64,000 nt of DNA from Alphaproteobacteria bacterium (lineage in GTDB: Bacteria; Pseudomonadota; Alphaproteobacteria; JAAXGF01), in the NCBI GenBank assembly GCA_046758065.1, contig JBHHZM010000001.1, positions 7,822 to 71,821 of the forward strand, read 5' to 3'. Below, in pieces: positions 60,553 through 64,000 of this stretch. The notes below the pieces were generated by a model. The model saw nothing but the letters and a program-made list of their open reading frames with translations. It had not been told where the DNA came from and ran no database searches. Made by a program: the position numbers and the translations under genes. Within the stretch, counting starts at the first letter, position 1. Every line of letters starts with the position of its first letter.

Positions 60553-61773
60553 TTGGACGGTCGGAGGACGGGAGGGATGGTCAAGGGGGCGGCAAGCGAG
60601 CGACCGTTCGACGCGGATGCGACGGCATTGACCGCCGGTCAGCGCCGGCGCAGCCTCGCCGTGGCCATGGCGAGCGCCGCCGCCGCCGGCCTCACCATCG
60701 GCCTCACCGTGCCGCTCCTGGCGCTGATTCTCGAGCACGACGGCGTCGATACCACGCTCATCGGTCTCAACAGTGCCATGGCGGCGCTCGCCATCGTCGT
60801 CTCGGCGCCTTTCACGCCGCGACTGGTCCGGCGCTTCGGCACCCTGCCCTCGATGTATCTCGGTATCGCACTCGCGGTCGTCGCCATTCTGTTGCTCGCC
60901 GTCTTTCGCGAGCTTTCCGCCTGGTTCGTGCTGCGCTTCGTCGTCGGGCTCGGCATGGCGGTCCACTGGGTGGTCGGCGAAGCCTGGATCAACGCGGTCG
61001 CTGGCAACGAGAACCGCGGCCGGGTGATCGGGCTCTACGCCACCGTTCTTTCCGCCGGCTTCGCGACCGGCCCGCTGGTGGTCGCCGTGGTCGGCATCGA
61101 AGGCGTCACGCCGTTCCTCGCGAGCGCGGGACTTCTCGCACTGGGCGCGCTGCCACTGCTCTTCGCCCGCGGCGTCGCGCCGCCGATGGCGGTCCGGACG
61201 ACGACCACCCTGGCGCAGTTCTTCCGCCACGCCCCGACCACGCTGGCCGCGGCGCTGGCCGCCGGGTTTTCGGATTCGGCGCTGTTTGCTTTGCTGCCGC
61301 TCTACAGCCTGCACAGCGGATTCGATCAAGCGACGGCGGTGACGATGCTGTCGGTGTTCGTCGCCGGCAATCTGGCGCTGCAACTGCCCATCGGCTGGCT
61401 TGCCGACCGGATCGACCGCCGCCTGCTTCTCATGGTCTGCGCTGCCGTGGGTGTCGTCGGGCCGGTCCTGCTGCCGTTCGTGATCGACGTTCCACTGCTC
61501 GTCTGGCCGGTGCTGTTCATTTGGGGCGGCACCATCGAGGGCCTCTACACGGTCGGGCTCACGCTCCTCGGCGAACGCTTCGAGCTTGGCGATCTGGCCG
61601 GCGCCAACGCCGCCTTCGTCATGATCTATTCGGCTGGCGGCGTCGCGGGACCGTCGCTCGCCGGCGGCGCGATGGACGTCTGGGATCCTCACGGACTCTC
61701 GCTGGTGGTGGCGCTCGCCGGCGCCGCCTTCCTCGCGGTCGTCGTCGTTCGCCGCGCCCGGGCGAGAGAGTAA
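60553..61773 (+). CDS. MFS transporter
   Basis: It has 12 predicted TM helices and the MFS motif region (GxxxDRxGRR-like: ADRIDRRLLL). Confidence 0.8.
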   Translation: MDGRRTGGMVKGAASERPFDADATALTAGQRRRSLAVAMASAAAAGLTIGLTVPLLALILEHDGVDTTLIGLNSAMAALAIVVSAPFTPRLVRRFGTLPSMYLGIALAVVAILLLAVFRELSAWFVLRFVVGLGMAVHWVVGEAWINAVAGNENRGRVIGLYATVLSAGFATGPLVVAVVGIEGVTPFLASAGLLALGALPLLFARGVAPPMAVRTTTTLAQFFRHAPTTLAAALAAGFSDSALFALLPLYSLHSGFDQATAVTMLSVFVAGNLALQLPIGWLADRIDRRLLLMVCAAVGVVGPVLLPFVIDVPLLVWPVLFIWGGTIEGLYTVGLTLLGERFELGDLAGANAAFVMIYSAGGVAGPSLAGGAMDVWDPHGLSLVVALAGAAFLAVVVVRRARARE

Positions 61774-61819
61774 CGGCTGCGCCAACGCCTTCGAGCCGGC
61801 CGCCCGGTGGCCGCGGGCC

Positions 61820-62662
61820 TCATTCGTTCGCGGCAATCGCGATCTGCACGTCCCTCTGGCGCATCCTTTCCCGACGGGCGAGAAGAACACCGGCAAGTAC
61901 AACGCCGATGCTGACCAGCAGGACGATGATCGTCGCCAGGGCGTTGATCTCGGGGCTGAGACCGAGCCGCACCTTGGAAAACACCACCATGGGCAGGGTG
62001 CTCGATCCGGGTCCGGAGACGAAACTCGCGATCACGAGATCGTCGAGCGACATGGTGAACGACAACAGCCAGCCCGACGCCAGCGCCGGGGCAATGATCG
62101 GCAATGTGATGACAAAAAATACTTTGCTCGGTCGGGCGCCGAGATCGAGCGCCGCTTCCTCGATCGATAGGTCGACGCTGACCAGCCGCGACTGCACGAT
62201 CACTGCTACGTAAGCCATGGAAAAAGTGATGTGCGCGATGGTAATCGTGGTCACACCCCGTCCCTTGGGCCAACCGAGCAGTTGTTCGAGCGCGACGAAG
62301 AACAGCAGCAGCGACAGGCCGATGATCACGTCGGGCATGACCAGTGGTGCCGTCACCATGCCCGTCATGCCGGTGCGCCCCGGAAACCGGCCATAGCGGG
62401 ACAGCGCGAACCCGGCCATGGTGCCAAGGACGACGGCGACCGAGGCGTTCATGGTCGCGATCCGCACGCTGAGCCAGGCGGCATTGAGAATCTGTTCGTT
62501 GTGCAGCAGTTCGCCATACCACTTGGTGGAAAATCCGGCCCAAACCGTGACCAGCTTCGACTTGTTGAACGAGTAGACGACCAGCGAAAGGATCGGCGCA
62601 TAAAGGAACGCGAAGCCGAATGCCAAACAGGAAATCAGGAAGACCGAGCGATTGCGGCTCAT
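61820..62662 (-). CDS. Polyamine-type ABC transporter permease (PotC/PotI-like)
   Basis: Six TM helices and the EAA-loop region (EEAALDLGARPSKVFFVITLP) are present. The long 527-aa track ORF is this gene extended out of frame across the next gene. Confidence 0.85.
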   Translation of the reverse strand: MSRNRSVFLISCLAFGFAFLYAPILSLVVYSFNKSKLVTVWAGFSTKWYGELLHNEQILNAAWLSVRIATMNASVAVVLGTMAGFALSRYGRFPGRTGMTGMVTAPLVMPDVIIGLSLLLFFVALEQLLGWPKGRGVTTITIAHITFSMAYVAVIVQSRLVSVDLSIEEAALDLGARPSKVFFVITLPIIAPALASGWLLSFTMSLDDLVIASFVSGPGSSTLPMVVFSKVRLGLSPEINALATIIVLLVSIGVVLAGVLLARRERMRQRDVQIAIAANE

Positions 62663-63618
62663 TGCCCTCCCTCCAGTTCTTTCGTCTGGACGTTTTGATA
62701 AATCATCGTCGGTACGACGAGCAGCAGCAGAATGACGATCGCGACCGCCGACGCCACCGGCCAGTCCCGGTTGGCGAAGAATTCGTTCCACAGCACGCTG
62801 CCGATCATCAGGGTCTTGGGACCGCCGAGCAGCGCCGGGATCACGAACTCGCCCACCGCGGGGATGAAGACCAGCAGCGAGCCGGCGACGATCCCGGGCA
62901 CCGAAAGCGGCAGGGTGATCGTCAGGAACGCCTTGAACGGCCGGCATCCGAGATCGGCCGCCGCTTCCAGCAGGGCGATGTCCATGCGTTCGAGGTTGGC
63001 GTAAAGCGGCAAGACCATGAAAGGCAGGTATGAATAAACGATACCGAGGTAGACCGCGAAGTTGGTGTGCATCATGACGATAGGCTCGTCGATGATCCCG
63101 ACCGATTGCAGGAAGTTGTTGATGAGGCCGTTGTTCTGGAGGATTCCGATCCAGGCGTAGACCCGGATCAGGAACGATGTCCAGAACGGCAGACTGACCA
63201 GCATCAACAGGACGATGCGCCATGCCGGATTGGCCCGGGCCATGCCGTAAGCCATGGGATAACCGATCAGCAGGCACACCAAGGTGGAAATGAAAGCCAC
63301 CTTGATCGAGTTCAGATACGCTTTCCAGTACAGATCGTCCTCGAGAAGGAACAGATAGTTGCCCAGGTTGAGCTTGATCGTGAGGTAGCTGTGTTCCGCC
63401 CACTCGAACAGCGAGGTGTACGGTGGGCGGGCGATGACCATCTCGGCAAGCGAGATCTTGACGACGATGATGAACGGCACCACGAAAAACAGCGCCAGCC
63501 AGAAATACGGCACGGCGACGACGAAGGTTCGCCCCGAAATTCCGATTCGTTCGAGAGATGCCGACAGCCGGGCGCGATACCGGGCCAGGGCGGCGATGGG
63601 GGCGCGGTCGTCGTTCAC
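62659..63618 (-). CDS. Polyamine-type ABC transporter permease (PotB/PotH-like)
   Basis: An EAA loop (EAAADLGCRPFKAFLTITLP) is present. A 4-nt ATGA overlap links it to the downstream permease gene. Confidence 0.85.
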   Translation of the reverse strand: MNDDRAPIAALARYRARLSASLERIGISGRTFVVAVPYFWLALFFVVPFIIVVKISLAEMVIARPPYTSLFEWAEHSYLTIKLNLGNYLFLLEDDLYWKAYLNSIKVAFISTLVCLLIGYPMAYGMARANPAWRIVLLMLVSLPFWTSFLIRVYAWIGILQNNGLINNFLQSVGIIDEPIVMMHTNFAVYLGIVYSYLPFMVLPLYANLERMDIALLEAAADLGCRPFKAFLTITLPLSVPGIVAGSLLVFIPAVGEFVIPALLGGPKTLMIGSVLWNEFFANRDWPVASAVAIVILLLLVVPTMIYQNVQTKELEGGQ

Positions 63619-63655
63619 GGCGCCGGACGCCCGCCGGCGGATTCGGTCTTGCGGA

Positions 63656-64000
63656 TCACGACGTCAGCACCACGCCGCTTGACGACAGCCAGTGGAGATA
63701 GACCTCGTCGTCCCAGGTGATCCGGTCGTCGGCCCGCCGCGTGAGATTGGGCAAGACGACGCGGACCAGTTTCCCCGTCGCCAGCCTGACGTGGAAGACC
63801 GAGAGGTTGCCCATATAGGCGATCTCGTCGACCACGCCCTTGGTCCAGTTGCTCTCGGTATCCGGTTGTTCGCGCAGGATCGCGATTTTTTCCGGCCGAA
63901 CGGCGACCCACACCCGCGCGTCCGTGGCGCTTGCGATGCCGTGGTCGATGTAAAAGACGCATCCGGCCTCTTCCGAATGGATGCGGACGTAATCGGGCTC
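63656..64000 (-). CDS. ABC transporter ATP-binding protein, PotA/PotG-like, C-terminal (TOBE) part only (gene continues beyond the window end)
   Basis: The C-terminal regulatory beta-domain is present (VAVRPEKIAIL ... DEVYLHW). The frame stays open to base 64000. Confidence 0.7.
   Translation of the reverse strand, partial: EPDYVRIHSEEAGCVFYIDHGIASATDARVWVAVRPEKIAILREQPDTESNWTKGVVDEIAYMGNLSVFHVRLATGKLVRVVLPNLTRRADDRITWDDEVYLHWLSSSGVVLTS

Overview
This is a high-GC (roughly 65-70%) alphaproteobacterial chromosomal segment with Rhodospirillales-like gene order, and about 90% of it is conserved housekeeping DNA. Annotated features, in order:
- addB (5' partial) - addA - trxA.
- A glutamine-synthetase-like gene carrying an N-terminal XRE-type HTH domain.
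- A minus-strand block folC-accD-trpA-trpB-trpF-pyrF, followed by an ornithine cyclodeaminase-like gene.
- A minus-strand block lapA-like - ihfB - sppA - rpsA - cmk - aroA.
- A TIGR02300-type zinc-ribbon protein, tRNA-Ala(GGC), a Lon-like AAA+ protease, and a response-regulator/EAL pair.
- A DmpA-family peptidase, a Sel1 protein, and a fadD-like / SDR / Ldh_2 trio.
- A tetR - small ORF - AhpD-like unit.
- A glxB/glxC-glxD/gltD-like glutamate-synthase-family cluster with unusual fusions.
- An IpdC-like TPP decarboxylase.
- A PEP-CTERM (exosortase-type) exopolysaccharide regulatory locus: MshEN c-di-GMP receptor, EpsB-family sugar transferase, prsK, prsR, prsT, galE, a coiled-coil membrane protein and a polysaccharide deacetylase.
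- hsp20, an amidase, an MFS transporter and a potCBA-like ABC transporter (partial at the 3' end).

The strongest anomaly is a roughly 2.9 kb low-GC islet (about 39.8-42.75 kb) inserted between glxB and the TPP decarboxylase gene. It is flanked by a 14-bp direct repeat and carries a DUF4258-like small gene translationally coupled to a 508-aa protein I cannot place, plus a frameshifted PD-(D/E)xK nuclease-like pseudogene.

The large antisense and off-frame ORFs in the track are high-GC artefacts and were rejected. No CRISPR array, rRNA gene, transposase or integrase was found.
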